This document shows positions 1-13,348 of a stretch of DNA of 64,000 nucleotides, one piece after another. The notes under the pieces are model-generated. The model searched no databases and was not told where the DNA came from. It was given only the letters and a program-made list of their open reading frames with translations. The stretch comes from Anthoceros angustus. Lineage: Eukaryota > Plantae > Anthocerotophyta. Made by a program: the position numbers and the translations under genes. The stretch lies in the NCBI GenBank assembly GCA_010909165.1, contig MU008213.1:224371-288370 (forward strand). The letters run 5' to 3'. The number at the start of each line of letters is the position of its first letter. The stretch's first letter is position 1.

Positions 1-2240
1 TTGAGTGAAGTCAGCCGTCACTTTGCAACCTTCTAAGCATATCAATCTTTTGTTTAGCGCACGATAAGAACAAAAGAAGTCAATCAGCCAGGTGCAACTC
101 TTGCTATTACACTTCAGGAGGTGTTTGGAGCTCTTCTAGCAGAGGAGAGGACTCGTGGACTTAATAAAATGAAGGCCAGCTCAAGTGGTCAATCAAACTC
201 AAGAATTTTGTTCACTGAGGCGTAGGGGCTTTCGAGGACGCAGGGACGTGGCTTCCCCAACCAAAATTTTCAGCGTTCCACATATAATCCATAGCAAAGA
301 CTAAAGGTAAATATGACCTACTATTGGTGCAAGATACCCGGCCATATTGAGAAGGATTGCCGAAGAAAAAGGCCGGTGAGCCTCGACGAGATATAAGTCT
401 CCCTGAATCAAATGTCACAACAACAAAAGCTAAGTCACCCACAATCTTAGCTGTTTGTCTTTTATTTGTCCATTCTCAAGTAGAAACTTGGTATTTAGAT
501 TCTGGAGCCACTAGTCATATTTGTTTTGACAGACACTCATTTAAAACTTTCTCACCCACATATGATGCCAATCAGTTTGTGCTTTTGGGTGATGACAGTG
601 GGCTTTCCATCAAAGGCTTAGGCTCAGTGGTCATACAGCTCCCAGACGAGTCTTCACTTATACTTTATGGTGTTTTATTTGTCCCATCTATGATCAAAAA
701 TTTGATGTCAGTGATTAAGTTTTCACATAACTCTTGCCGAGTCTCGCTTTGATCAACTGCTTGCACCGTAACGCATGTTCCATCAAGTCGGACCTTTTCA
801 TAGGCCCCTTTTCATGATTTGTATTTATTAGATGTCAAATCGATAGTGCAACCTCAACCCACTCGATTATCAATGCCATTCAAAGACAAGCTTCAATGCA
901 ACTTTGGCATTGTCGTCTTGCCACAATTTTCAACGCCTAGCATCTCTAACAAAGGGTGATAGTTTTGAGATCCACTTACCTATCTCCTTCTAGTCACCCC
1001 TTCTGACGCCGACCTTAGTAAAGCCTTTTCTAAGCCATATACGGATCTCTACTCAACAAGGGCCTCTGCCCTTTTGGATACTATTCATAGTGACATTTGT
1101 GGCCCTATGTCCACGAGCTCATTTGGAGGAGCTGTTTATTTTATTATATTCATAGATGAATGGAGCCGCTATTGTATTGTTTATGTGTTAAGACATAAAA
1201 GCGAGGCTCTTATGTGTTTTCAAACCTATGTGCGTTTTGCAACCCGGCAGATAGGTCACAAGGTTAAAATTTTACGTAGTAACAATGGTGGCTAGTACAT
1301 CAGCCATGCTTTCAGAACTTTTGCTCTTCGGAAGGGATCCATCACTACCACTCAGGTCGTATACTCCCGCCGTAACTCTTGCCGAGAGGAAAAACAGGAC
1401 ACTCCAGGAGGCTACTTTGACATCTGTCACTTTTGCTAGTGTCTCTCGTGGATATTGGGCTGAAGCGTTGATGGCTGCTAACTGTGTTCTCAACCGACTA
1501 CCTTCTAAGGAGCTTGGTTTGACTACTCCTTATGAGAGGTGGACAAGACACAAGCCCGCATTGGGCACTTGATATTCGGATCACCAAAATTTTATGCTTA
1601 TGTGCCTAGAGAGGGGCCGACAACGATAACCCTTCGCCCAATCACCCCTGTAGCTCAACTCCCATTGTTGCGGTGTGACGATGATCACCGGTCTTCCGTG
1701 AGGTGATGACACTATTGTACTTGAACTGCGGATGAAGTTATCAAGCCAATGAAGAGCCTCCTCAAGTCCTCATTCTACTGACACCATCCTCCAAGGTCGA
1801 GTGGAAAGAGCCGTATGTTGCGGTGTATTGTCAGAGGAACCACTTTTTCCACCTGCTCACGTTTTTAGTGCTGTAGACTCATTAGGTGAACCCGCCACCT
1901 ATAGAGAAGCTATTGAAGGGCAAGCTTCCTTTGCGTAAGGCTATTGAGTCCGAATATCAATCTCTCATTTCTAATAAAACTTGAGTTCTTGTAGATCTCC
2001 TCACGGTCGTAAACCAGGTTGCTTGTAAGTGGGTCTTCAAAAAACTCAATACGGATGGTAGTGTTGGTAGGTATATAAGGCTCGCCTCGGCAAAGGGATA
2101 TAGTCAAGAAGGGGTTAGACTACAATGAAACATTTTCCCATTGTTAAGTCTACTTCCATAAGAATACTCCTTGCCCTTTGCTCACTACAATCTCCTCATA
2201 CATCGTTAGACGTAAAACGCTTTAATGGCACTTAGATGAG
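1..2240 (+). mobile_element. Ty1/copia gag-pol remnant, copy 1 (indel-rich; end of gag through protease, integrase and N-half of RT)
   Basis: Motifs WYLDSGATSHIC (protease), TIHSDICGPMST..FIIFIDEWSRY and AERKNRTL (integrase), KWVFKK and YKARLVAKG (RT). Near-identical to 2650-4845 but with many 1-2 bp indels. Confidence 0.9.
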
Positions 2241-2644
2241 GTCATCTACATGGCAAAATATTATACTTATTTTAGTATATCCAGTGAGCGATCCTATAAG
2301 CAAGATAAAGTTTGAAATTGGCTCCAAACATGGTGTGATGTATGAAATTTGTTTATTAACCATATCAACATGGACAACATGTACAAATCCAACAACATGA
2401 TTGGTGAGAGCTTGATTAATTTCTTTAGTTGAGGATATAGCTATAATTGAATGTAGAAGATCGTTTAATGATAACACGTTGAACTTGAGCCCGATTAATA
2501 AGGGACTTTTGACCTAATGGAAGAAGACCTCGAGATTTGCATAGTCTTTTGACCCTATAGATTTGAATTTTCAAAATGCAGTTGATACTTGAGGAGTCAA
2601 TCCATTCCTACTAACATCGTAGAAATAATTTTTGCTCTTCATAA
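2241..2644 (-). pseudogene. CLP1: CLP1 C-terminal fragment (noisy copy)
   Basis: DLLHSIIAISSTKEINQALTNHVVGFVHVVHVD..ISYITPC; near-identical to 4862-5250. Confidence 0.85.
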
Positions 2645-2649
2645 AACGG

Positions 2650-4845
2650 CTAGTCAATCAAATTGCGGTGCAACTCGCTATTACACTTGAGAGGTGTTTG
2701 GAGCTCTTCTAGCGAGAGGAGGACTCGTGGACTTAATAAAATGAAGCTCAAGTGGTCAATCAAACTCAAGAATTTTGTTCACTTCTCGAGGCAGAGGGGG
2801 CTTTCGAGGACGTGGCAGGGGACGTGGCTTCCCCAACCAAAATTTTCAGCGTTCCACATATAATCCATAGCAGCACTAAAGCAGAAATATGACCTACTAT
2901 TGGTGCAAGATACCCGGCCATATTGAGAAGGATTGCCGGAAGAAAAAGGCCGGTGAGCCTCGACGAGATATAAGTCTCCCTGAATCAAATGTCACAACAA
3001 CAAAAGCTAAGTCACCCACAATCTTAGCTGTTTGTCTTTCATCCATTCTCAAGTAGAAACTTGGTATTTAGATTAAGCCACTAGTCATATTTGTTTTGAG
3101 ACACTCATTTAAAACTTTCTCACCCACATATGATGCCAATCGGTTTGTGCTTTTGGTGATGGGCTTTCCATCAAAGGCTTGGCTCGGTGGTCATCTGACT
3201 CCCAGGGAGTCTTCACTTATACTTTATGGTGTTTTATTTGTCCCATCTATGATCAAAAATTTGATGTCAGTGATTAAGTTTTCACATAACTCTTGCCGAG
3301 TCTGCTTTAATCAATCTGGTTGCACTGTAACGCATGTTCCATCAAGTCAGGACCTTTTCATAGGCCCCCCTTTTCATGATTTGTATTTATTAGATGTCAA
3401 ATCGATAGTGCAACCTCAACCCACTCAGTCTATCAATGCCATTCAAAGACAAGCTTCAATGCAACTTTGGCATTGTCGTCTTGCCGTCAATTTTCAACTA
3501 GCATCTCTAACAAAGGGTGATAGTTTTGAGATCCACTTACCTATCTCCTTCTAGTCACCCCACCTGGCCTCGACAGTAAAGCCTTTTCTAAGCCATATGG
3601 ATCTCCACTCAACAAGGGCCTCGCCCTTTTGGATACTATTCATAGTGACATTTGTGGCCCTATGTCCACGAGCTCATTTGGAGGAGCTGATTTATTATAT
3701 TCATAGATGAATGGAGCCTATTATTGTTTATGTGTTAAGACATAGCGAGGCTCTTATGTGTTTTCAAACCTATGTGCGTTTTGCAACCCGGCAGATAGGT
3801 CACAAGGTTAAAATTTTACGTAGTAACAATGGTGGCTAGTACATCAGCCATGCTTTCAGAACTTTTGCTCTTCGGAAGGGATCCATCACCAGCTCACCGT
3901 GTCGTATACTCCTGCTCAGAACTCTTTTGCTGAGAGGAAAAACAGGACACTCCAGGAGGCTACTTTGACATCTGTCACTTTTGCTAGTGTCTCTCGTGGA
4001 TATTGGGCTGAAGCGTTGATGGCTGCTAACTGTGTTCTCAACCGACTACCTTCTAAGGAGCTTGGTTTGACTACTCCTTATGAGAGGTGGACAAGACACA
4101 AGCCCCGCATTGGGCACTTGCGTATATTCGGATCACCAGCTTATGCTTATGTGCCTAGAGAGGGGGCTGATAACGATAACCCTTCAGCTCCAATCACCCT
4201 GTAGCTCCAACTCCCATTGTTGCAGGTGACGATGATCACCCTGGTCTTCCAGAGGTGACTGATGACACTATTGTACTTGAACCTGCACAGGATGAAGTTA
4301 CTGAAGCCAATGAAGAGCCTCCTGAAGTCCTACGTCATTCTACCAGACACCATCCTCCAAGGTCAGAGTGGAAAGAGCCTCCGTATGTTGCAGGTATTGC
4401 TGTAGAGGAACCACTTTTTCCACCTGCTCACGTTTTTAGTGCTGTAGACTCATTAGGTGAACCCGCCACCTATAGAGAAGCTATTGAAGGGCCTGAAGCT
4501 TCCTTTTGGCAGAAGGCTATTGAGTCTGAATATCAATCTCTCATTTCTAATAAAACTTGAGTTCTTGTAGATCTCCCTCCTGGTCGTAAACCAGTTGCTT
4601 GTAAGTGGGTCTTCAAAAAAAACTCAATCGGATGGTAGTGTTGGTAGGTATATAAGGCTCGCCTCGTGGCAAAGGGATATAGTCAAGTAGCGGGTTAGAC
4701 TACAATGAAACATTTTCCCAGTTGTTAAGTCTACTTCCATAAGAATACTCCTTGCCCTTGCTGCTCACTACAATCTCCTCATACATCAGTTAGACGTAAA
4801 AACTGCTTTTCTTAATGGCACTTAGATGAGGTCATCTACATGGCA
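2650..4845 (+). mobile_element. Ty1/copia gag-pol remnant, copy 2 (internally deleted; truncated in RT after [17 protein letters not shown])
   Basis: Gag knuckle end GHIEKDCR, integrase [65 protein letters not shown]. The integrase C-terminus after YAYVPRE appears deleted. No LTR recognised. Confidence 0.93.
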
Positions 4846-4861
4846 AAATATTATACTTATT

Positions 4862-6153
4862 TTAGTATATCCAGGTGAGCGATCCTATAAGCAAGATAAA
4901 GTTTGAAATTGGCTCCAAACATGGTGTGATGTATGAAATTTGTTTATTAACCATATCAACATGGACAACATGTACAAATCCAACAACATGATTGGTGAGA
5001 GCTTGATTAATTTCTTTAGTTGAGGATATAGCTATAATTGAATGTAGAAGATCAGGTTTAATGATAACACGTTGAACTTGAGCCTGATTAATAAGGGACT
5101 TTTGACCTAATGGAAGAAGACCTCGAGAGATTTGCATAGTCTTTTTGACCCTATAGATTTGAACAGCTTCAAAATGCACAGTTGATACTTGAGGAGTCAA
5201 TCCATTCCTACTAACATCGTAGAAATAATTTTTGCTCTTCATAATGCAATTGAGCCGTAGCTCATCACTTTTGGGTTCCACACCACCTGATATACTCAAC
5301 TTCACAATATCCACCTTTTATTTTTCATACGTGATTTTTTACTTTCATTTAGCATGTAGTGTAATTTATCTTTCTCAATCACAAAAATCACATCAACTTT
5401 GAATACTTCAATTACTTCTAAGAGAACATCATAACCTTCATAGTCTGAATCATTCCATGCTACAGAGTTGATGACCATCCCTGATTTATTATAATTATTT
5501 TGTAGTTCGACCAACTCTAAATTTTGAGCTAGCTCCTTCATCAATTTTTTGTATACAACAAGATTTGCATTCTGAGTCAAATGACCATAATAGTATACAA
5601 GAGATGATATCGGATCTATAGGTAGCCCTTTTTCAGGATTGATAGGTTGCTCGATACGAGTGGCTGTTAGAGTTCCTGGCATCGTTATATCACCTCGCCC
5701 AACATCAAGATCAACATAAATTGGTTTCCGTCCTTCCTCTATAGCCCAATTTAATAACATATGCGAAAATTTAGTCTTTCCAGAGTTAGATGGACCAACT
5801 ACTAGTACTCTTGGACCAGGTAAAGAATTTTGTTCAGCATGTTGTCTTGTTCTCTCTAGAACTTCATGACACTTATATATGAACATTGGTGTTGGCTCAT
5901 TTGAATCTGCACCTGCAATATAGATGAATTGCCATTCCCCATCCACTTCTATTATTGCCTTATGCCATGTAAGAACAGCGAACTCATGACCAGATGAAAA
6001 GGTGAGCCACTTTTGAAGGCACATTTTAGCTCCAAATATTTCAGCTGTTCCCGCTAAGAGCTGAATTTTTAAAGATCCATGCACACCTACATCTATGCGG
6101 AGTTCTTGTTGCGCTCTAAGAAAGAACGTTCTAGACATGGATCTGGAACTCAT
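4862..6153 (-). CDS. CLP1: Intronless, divergent full-length CLP1-family polynucleotide 5'-kinase (~430 aa); one apparent frameshift near 5310 in this copy
   Basis: ORFs 5302-6153 and 4862-5314 join into the N-domain (ELRIDV, GTAEIFG, FAVLTWH), Walker A GPSNSGKT, Walker B YVDLDVGRG, LVYYYGH, SGMVINS, DIVKLSISGGV, NYFY and the C-domain DLLHSIIAIS..GSLTWIY*. The copy at 9038-9499 reads through the frameshift site in frame. Confidence 0.88.
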
Positions 6154-6424
6154 TTTTGTTCAATAGTTAACTTAGTTGAATAAATTAACAGAACCTCTCG
6201 CGTCTCAAGGATTCGCACAAAGTAGACCAATGTGCCCTATCCCCCGTATACCAATCTAGCTTAGGCTAGAATAAGAGAGCTAGAAAAAAGCCAAGGAACA
6301 CGCTATCGTAGTTTTATGATGATTAACTTGAGAAGTCTTACAATATTAAGAGACAAAACCTCAGGCTGTGGTGCTCACTCAAAGTAGAGTTGTCGTCTTG
6401 CAAACCTAGTCTATAAATATCATA

Positions 6425-6700
6425 GTGTCTTCACCTATTTTATTGAAATACTATAATAAGAACTTGTACATGACTCCACCTATTTTAGTAAATACCTGAA
6501 AAGAAACTAAATATTGTAAGATGAACTTGTATATGACCTCACATATTTAAGTAAATACCAGAAAAAAAGATAAATACTATAAGGAGAACTTGTATATGAC
6601 TCCACCCATTTTAGTCAATACCTAAACAAAAGCTAAATACTATAAGAAGAACTTGTATATGACTTCACCTGATTTAGTAAGTATATATAAGAATTTGTAT
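6425..6700. repeat. About 4 degenerate AT-rich 63-bp tandem repeats upstream of CLP1 (also at ~12085-12360)
   Basis: GAACTTGTA(T/C)ATGAC recurs at 6460, 6523, 6586 and 6649. Confidence 0.85.
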
Positions 6701-7079
6701 GTAATATCCTCGTTTCCAAAGAGCAAAAAAAATTTAACCTATTTTATGTATTACGATATTAAAAATACAGCCTGGAAAAACAACATGATGCTAAATGGCC
6801 CTACCAATATCTTCGTCTACCCTCATACACACTTACAAACCTGATCTATAGTGTCACATATATAGGCAGACGCTTGAGCACATATAATAAACTTGACTTA
6901 TGGTCCAAGTACGCACGGTCACATTATAGGCAGACGCTTGATGCTCAAGGTAATTAATTACTTTCTGTCATAGTCACATACAGTATGTAGGCAGACGCAC
7001 GCTAGGTAGCAGGCCCTTTCCCCAAGCCCAAGGACGATAAATAAGCGGATAAGGCGGGGATAAAGGTGGATAAGGCGAC

Positions 7080-7330
7080 AAAGTTCTATGGCCTGTGTAG
7101 CTCGCTCGTTCTGATCATGGGCCCCCATCTGGGTTGGGCACCATGGTGAGCACATCCATCGCGTCTTGCAACCTGGGATGCGAAGCATACTTCCGCAGGA
7201 TGGGCCATACTTTGTCAGCACAGTATAAATGAGGGACCGGGAAAGACGACAGTCTGTCTCCACCAGTACTCCCAGAGCCTGAACATCCTCATCAGTGAGT
7301 ACCTCTGATCACAAAGTTTAGTGACAGTCT
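7080..7330 (-). pseudogene. PLS-PPR gene fragment (partial copies also at ~8150-8274 and 12745-13255)
   Basis: Reverse complement aligns with the PPR pseudogene at 55.5-55.8 kb (..LRMYAS..RLQDAMDVLTMVPNP..QAIEL). Confidence 0.7.
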
Positions 7331-10300
7331 CATTAGGTGAACCCGCCACCTATAGAAGCTATTGAAGGGCCTGAAGCTTCCTTTTGGCGAGAAGGCTATT
7401 GAGTCCGAATATCAATCTCTCATTTCTAATAAAACTTGAGTTCTTGTAGATCTCCCTCACGGTCGTAAACCGGTTGCTTGTAAGTGGGTCTTCAAAAAAC
7501 TGTCTGATGGTAGTGTTGGTAGGTATATAAGGCTCGCCTCGTGGCAAAGGGATATAGTCAAGTAGCGGGTTAGACTACAATGAAACATTTTCCAGTTGTT
7601 AAGTCTACTTCCATAAGAATACTCCTTGCCCTTTGCTCACTACAATCTCCTCATACATCGCTTAGGCGTAAAAGCGCTTTCTTAATGGCACTTAGATGAG
7701 GTCATCTACATGGCAAAATATTATACTTATTTTAGTATATCCGGTGAGCGATCCTATAAGCAAGATAAAGTTTGAAATTGGCTCCAAACATGGTGTGATG
7801 TATGAAATTTGTTTATTAACCATATCAACATGGACAACATGTACAAATCCAACAACATGATGCTAAATGGCCTACCAATATCTTCGTCTACCCTCATACA
7901 CACTTACAAACCTGATCTATAGTGTCACATATATAGGCAGACGCTTGAGCACATATAATAAAACTTGACTTATGGTCCAAGTACGCACGGTCACATTATA
8001 GGCAGACGCTTGATGCTCAAGGTAATTAATTACTTTCTGTCATAGTCACATACAGTATGTAGGCAGACGCACGCTAGGTAGCAGGCCCTTTCCCCAAGCC
8101 CAAGGACGATAAATAAGCGGATAAGGCGGGGATAAAGGTGGATAAGGCGACAAAGTTCTATGGCCTGTGTAGCTCGCTCGTTCTGATCATGGGCCCCCAT
8201 CTGGGTTGGGCACCATGGTGAGCACATCCATCGCGTCTTGCAACCTGGGATGCGAAGCATACTTCCGCAGGATGATCAAGCCAATGAAGAGCCTCCAAGT
8301 CCTCGTCATTCTACGGACACCATCCTCCAAGGTCGAGTGGAAAGAGCCTCAGTATGTTGCGGTATTGTCAGAACCACTTTTTCCACACTCACGTTCTTGT
8401 AGACTCATTAGGTGAACCCGCCACCTATAGAAGCTATTGAAGGGCCTGAAGCTTCCTTTTAAGGCTATTGAGTCGAATATCAATCTCTCATTTCTAATAA
8501 AACTTGAGTTCTTGTAGATCTCCCTCCTGGTCGTAAACCAGTTGCTTGTAAGTGGGTCTTCAAAAAAAACTCAATACAGATGGTAGTGTTGGTAGGTATA
8601 TAAGGCTCGCCTCGTGGCAAAGGGATATAGTCAAGTAGCGGGGTTAGACTACAATGAAACATTTTCCCCAGTTGTTAAGTCTACTTCCATAAGAATACTC
8701 CTTGCCCTTGCTGCTCACTACAATCTCCTCATACATCAGTTAGACGTAAAAACTGCTTTTCTTAATGGCACTTAGATGAGGTCATCTACATGGCAAAATA
8801 TTATACTTATTTTAGTATATCCAGGTGAGCGATCCTATAAGCAAGATAAAGTTTGAAATTGGCTCCAAACATGGTGTGATGTATGAAATTTGTTTATTAA
8901 CCATATCAACATGGACAACATGTACAAATCCAACAACATGATTGGTGAGAGCTTGATTAATTTCTTTAGTTGAGGATATAGCTATAATTGAATGTAGAAG
9001 ATCAGGTTTAATGATAACACGTTGAACTTGAGCCTGATTAATAAGGGACTTTTGACCTAATGGAAGAAGACCTCGAGATTTGCATAGTCTTTTTGACCCT
9101 ATAGATTTGAACAGCTTCAAAATGCACAGTTGATACTTGAGGAGTCAATCCATTCCTACTAACATCGTAGAAATAATTTTTGCTCTTCATAATGCAATTC
9201 GCGAGCCGTAGCTCATCACTTTTGGGTTCCACACCACCTGATATACTCAACTTCACAATATCCACCCTTTTATTTTTCATACTGTGATTTTTTTTACTTT
9301 CATTTAGCATGTAGTGTAATTTATCTTTCTCAATCACAAAAATCACATCAACTTTGAATACTTCAATTACTTCTAAGAGAACATCATAACCTTCATAGTC
9401 TGAATCATTCCATGCTACAGAGTTGATGACCATCCCTGATTTATTATAATTATTTTGTAGTTCGACCAACTCTAAATTTTGAGCTAGCTCCTTCATCAAT
9501 TTTTGTATACAACAAGATTTGCATTCGAGTCAAATGACCATAATAGTATACAAGAGATGATATCGGATCTATAGGTAGCCCTTTTTCGTGGATTGATAGG
9601 TTGCTCGACACGAGTGGTCATAGAGTTCCCGCATCGTTATATCACCTCGCCCAACATCAAGATCAACATAAATTGGTTTCGTCCTTCCTCTATAGCCCAA
9701 TTTAATAACATATGTCGAAAATTTAGTCTTTCCAGTTAGATGGACCAACTACTAGTACTCTTGGACCGTAAAGAATTTTGTTCAAGATGTTGTCTTGTTC
9801 TCTCTAGAACTTCTTCAAGAGTTAAGCAGACTCGGAGGGATGAAGAGACCAGGAGGTTCAGTGACGCAGAGATGATGAAGGACATAAGAACATATACCAT
9901 TGGCGGACGGAAAACAAAATTTTACCATGCAGGCGAACAAGCCATTTCCCAGTCAGTTTAACCTGCAGGAAATCTCTCCAGGGCCAAGGCGAAAAATCGG
10001 TCAAGGGCGACGGACTTGCCATTTCTCGATCTGCTCAACCTGCTGGGAATCTGTCGAGGGCCAAGGCGAAAAACCTGTCAAGGGCTAAGAAGCCATTTCT
10101 TAGTCAGTTCAATCTGCAGGAATCTGTCGAGAGCCAAGGCGAAAAACCTGTCAAGGGCGAAAAGCCATTTCTCAGCCAGTTCAACCTGCAGGAATTCTGT
10201 CGAGGGCAAGGCTAAAAATCTGTGAAGGGCGAAGAATCCATTTCTCATCCAGTTCAACCTGGTCACAGTGTCAGGCGAGACGCACTGTGATAGCGTGAAC

Positions 10301-10530
10301 TTACGGTGAGAGCAGCATGTTTACTATGTCACCGACCAAACTGATGGCCACAAACACATGAGATTGGCGTCCTCTCTCCTGAATCCAGCAATGAAACATT
10401 TTCCCGATTGTTAAGTCTACTTCCATAAGAATACTCCTTGCCCTTCTTTGCTCACTACAATCTCCTCATACATCGCTTAGGCGTAAAAGCGCTTTCTTAA
10501 TGGCACTTAGATGAGGTCATCTACATGGCA
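7331..10530. repeat. Rearranged mosaic of copia RT, CLP1, CLP1-upstream, PPR and 13.3-14.0 kb LTR-like segments
   Basis: Each block matches another place in the window. Junction overlaps include aacaacatgat (7851-7861), caggatg (8268-8274), ctagaacttc (9804-9813) and caatgaaac (10389-10397). Confidence 0.85.
8812..9810 (-). pseudogene. CLP1: CLP1 copy, 5'-truncated (C-terminal three-quarters)
   Basis: ORFs 9038-9499 and 8812-9120 match the 4862-6153 protein. Confidence 0.85.
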
Positions 10531-10544
10531 AAATATTATACTTA

Positions 10545-11829
10545 TTTTAGTATATCCGGTGAGCGATCCTATAAGCAAGATAAAGTTTGAAATTGGCTCC
10601 AAACATGGTGTGATGTATGAAATTTGTTTATTAACCATATCAACATGGACAACATGTACAAATCCAACAACATGATTGGTGAGAGCTTGATTAATTTCTT
10701 TAGTTGAGGATATAGCTATAATTGAATGTAGAAGATCGGGTTTAATGATAACACGTTGAACTTGAGCCTGATTAATAAGGGACTTTTGACCTAATGGAAG
10801 AAGACCTCGAGATTTGCATAGTCTTTTGACCCTATAGATTTGAAACTTCAAAATGCAGTTGATACTTGAGGAGTCAATCCATTCCTACTAACATCGTAGA
10901 AATAATTTTTGCTCTTCATAATGCAAGCCGTAGCTCATCACTTTTGGGTTCCACACCACGATATACTACTCAACTTCACAATATCCACCTTTTATTTTTC
11001 ATCTTGATTTTTTTACTTTCATTTAGCATGTAGTGTAATTTATCTTTCTCAATCACAAAATCACATCAACTTTGAATACTTCAATTACTTCTAAGAGAAC
11101 ATCATAACCTTCATAGTCAATCATTCCATGCTACTCGAGTTGATGACCATCCCCGATTTATTATAATTATTTTGTAGTTCGACCAACTCTAAATTTTGAG
11201 CTAGCTCCTTCATCAATTTTTGTATACAACAAGATTTGCATTCGAGTCAAATGACCATAATAGTATACAAGATGATATCGGATCTATAGGTAGCCCTTTT
11301 TCGTGGATTGATAGGTTGCTCGACACGAGTGGTCATAGAGTTCCCGCATCGTTATATCACCTCGCCCAACATCAAGATCAACATAAATTGGTTTCCGTCC
11401 TTCCTCTATAGCCCAATTTAATAACATATGCGAAAATTTAGTCTTTCCAGAGTTAGATGGACCAACTACTAGTACTCTTGGACCAGGTAAAGAATTTTGT
11501 TCAGCATGTTGTCTTGTTCTCTCTAGAACTTCATGACACTTGCGATATATGAACATTGGTGTTGGCTCATTTGAATCTGCACCTGCAATATAGATGAATT
11601 GCCATTCCCCATCCACTTCTATTATTGCCTTATGCCATGTAAGAACAGCGAACTCATGACCAGATGAAAAGGTGAGCCACTTTTGAAGGCACATTTTAGC
11701 TCCAAATATTTCAGCTGTTCCCGCTAAGAGCTGAATTTTAAAGATCCATGCACACCTACATCTATGGAGTTCTTGTTGCGCTCTAAGAAAGAACGTTCTA
11801 GACATGGATCTGGAACTCATTTTGTTCAA
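10545..11829 (-). pseudogene. CLP1: CLP1 full-length copy with scattered indels
   Basis: ORF 11284-11829 has GPSNSGKT and DLDVGRG; ORF 10507-10851 has the C-domain. Confidence 0.85.
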
Positions 11830-12744
11830 TAGTTAACTTAGTTGAATAAATTAATGGAACTCTCTCGCCTCAAGGATTCGCACAAAGTAGACCAATGTGC
11901 CCTATCCCGTATACCAATCTAGCTTAGGCTAGAATAAGAGAGCTAGAAAAAGCCAAGGAACACGCTATCGTAGTTTTATGATGATTAACTTGAGAAGTCT
12001 TACAATATTAAGAGACAAAACCTCAGCTGTGGTGCTCACTCAAAGTAGAGTTGTCGCCTTGCAAACCTAGTCTATAAATATCATAGTGTCTTCACCTATT
12101 TTATTGAAATACTATAATAAGAACTTGTACATGACTCCACCTATTTTAGTAAATACCTGAAAAGAAACTAAATATTGTAAGATGAACTTGTATATGACCT
12201 CACATATTTAAGTAAATACCAGAAAAAAAGATAAATACTATAAGGAGAACTTGTATATGACTCCACCCATTTTAGTCAATACCTAAACAAAAGCTAAATA
12301 CTATAAGAAGAACTTGTATATGACTTCACCTGATTTAGTAAGTATATATAAGAATTTGTATGTAATATCCTCGTTTCCAAAGAGCAAAAAAAATTTAACC
12401 TATTTTATGTATTACGATATTAAAAATACAGCCTGGAAAAACAACATGATGCTAAATGGCCCTACCAATATCTTCGTCTACCCTCATACACACTTACAAA
12501 CCTGATCTATAGTGTCACATATATAGGCAGACGCTTGAGCACATATAATAAACTTGACTTATGGTCCAAGTACGCACGGTCACATTATAGGCAGACGCTT
12601 GATGCTCAAGGTAATTAATTACTTTCTGTCATAGTCACATACAGTATGTAGGCAGACGCACGCTAGGTAGCAGGCCCTTTTCCCCAAGCCCAAGGACGAT
12701 AAATAAGCGGATAAGGCGGGGATAAAGGTGGATAAGGCGACAAA

Positions 12745-13255
12745 GTTCTATGGCCTGTGTAGCTCGCTCGTTCTGATCATGGGCCCCCATCTGGGTTGGG
12801 CACCATGGTGAGCACATCCATCGCGTCTTGCAACCTGGGATGCGAAGCATACTTCCGCAGGATGGGCCATACTTTGTCAGCACAGTATAAATGAGGGACC
12901 GGGAAAGACGACAGTCTGTCTCCACCAGTACTCCCAGAGCCTGAACATCCTCATCAGTGAGTACCTCTGATCACAAAGTTTAGTGACAGTCTCAGCCGTT
13001 ATTGCCCCTGCAGGCCTGCGAAGGTCAGAGTCATCCACATTCCACAAGCTCCATTGAGATGTAGGGTCACGACCACGAGGACCCACCTCTCTTCCTGAAA
13101 AACCTAATGCATTGTGCTCGATTTGTGTCTGACGGGTCCACAAAAGCCGTTGCAGCAATAAGAGGCCATGCCGACCTCTGTGGCCAAGTGTCAGATTCGC
13201 ACATTGTCAAGCATGCATATGGTGGAGGAGGAGGAGGGGACTTCATCGTCCGTAC
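12745..13255 (-). pseudogene. 5' fragment of a PLS-PPR gene, inverted paralog of 55183-55770
   Basis: Shared strings such as WPLIAATAFVDPSDTNR and LMR(M/L)FRLWEY appear in the ORF track at both loci on opposite strands. Confidence 0.75.
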
Positions 13256-13348
13256 GTGTATCATCTCATCAATTTGAACATGGTCACAGTGTCAGGCGAG
13301 ACGCACTGTGATAGCGTGAACTTACGGGTGAGAGCAGCATGTTTACTA

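Noticed and set aside
4862-6153. Horizontal transfer of CLP1 from a fungus, virus or bacterium
   Set aside because: Motifs (FAVLTWH, NWA..GRKP.YVDLD, KELAQ.LE, SGMVIN, DLLHS) follow the plant CLP1 pattern. AT richness fits mutational drift in a methylated repeat context. A tree is needed to exclude transfer fully.
6958-7263. Repeated ORF METDCRLSRS..MLRIPGCKTRW (also at 8030 and 12635) as a novel small protein
   Set aside because: It is an out-of-frame reading of the PPR fragment fused to the spacer, and it recurs only because the block is duplicated.
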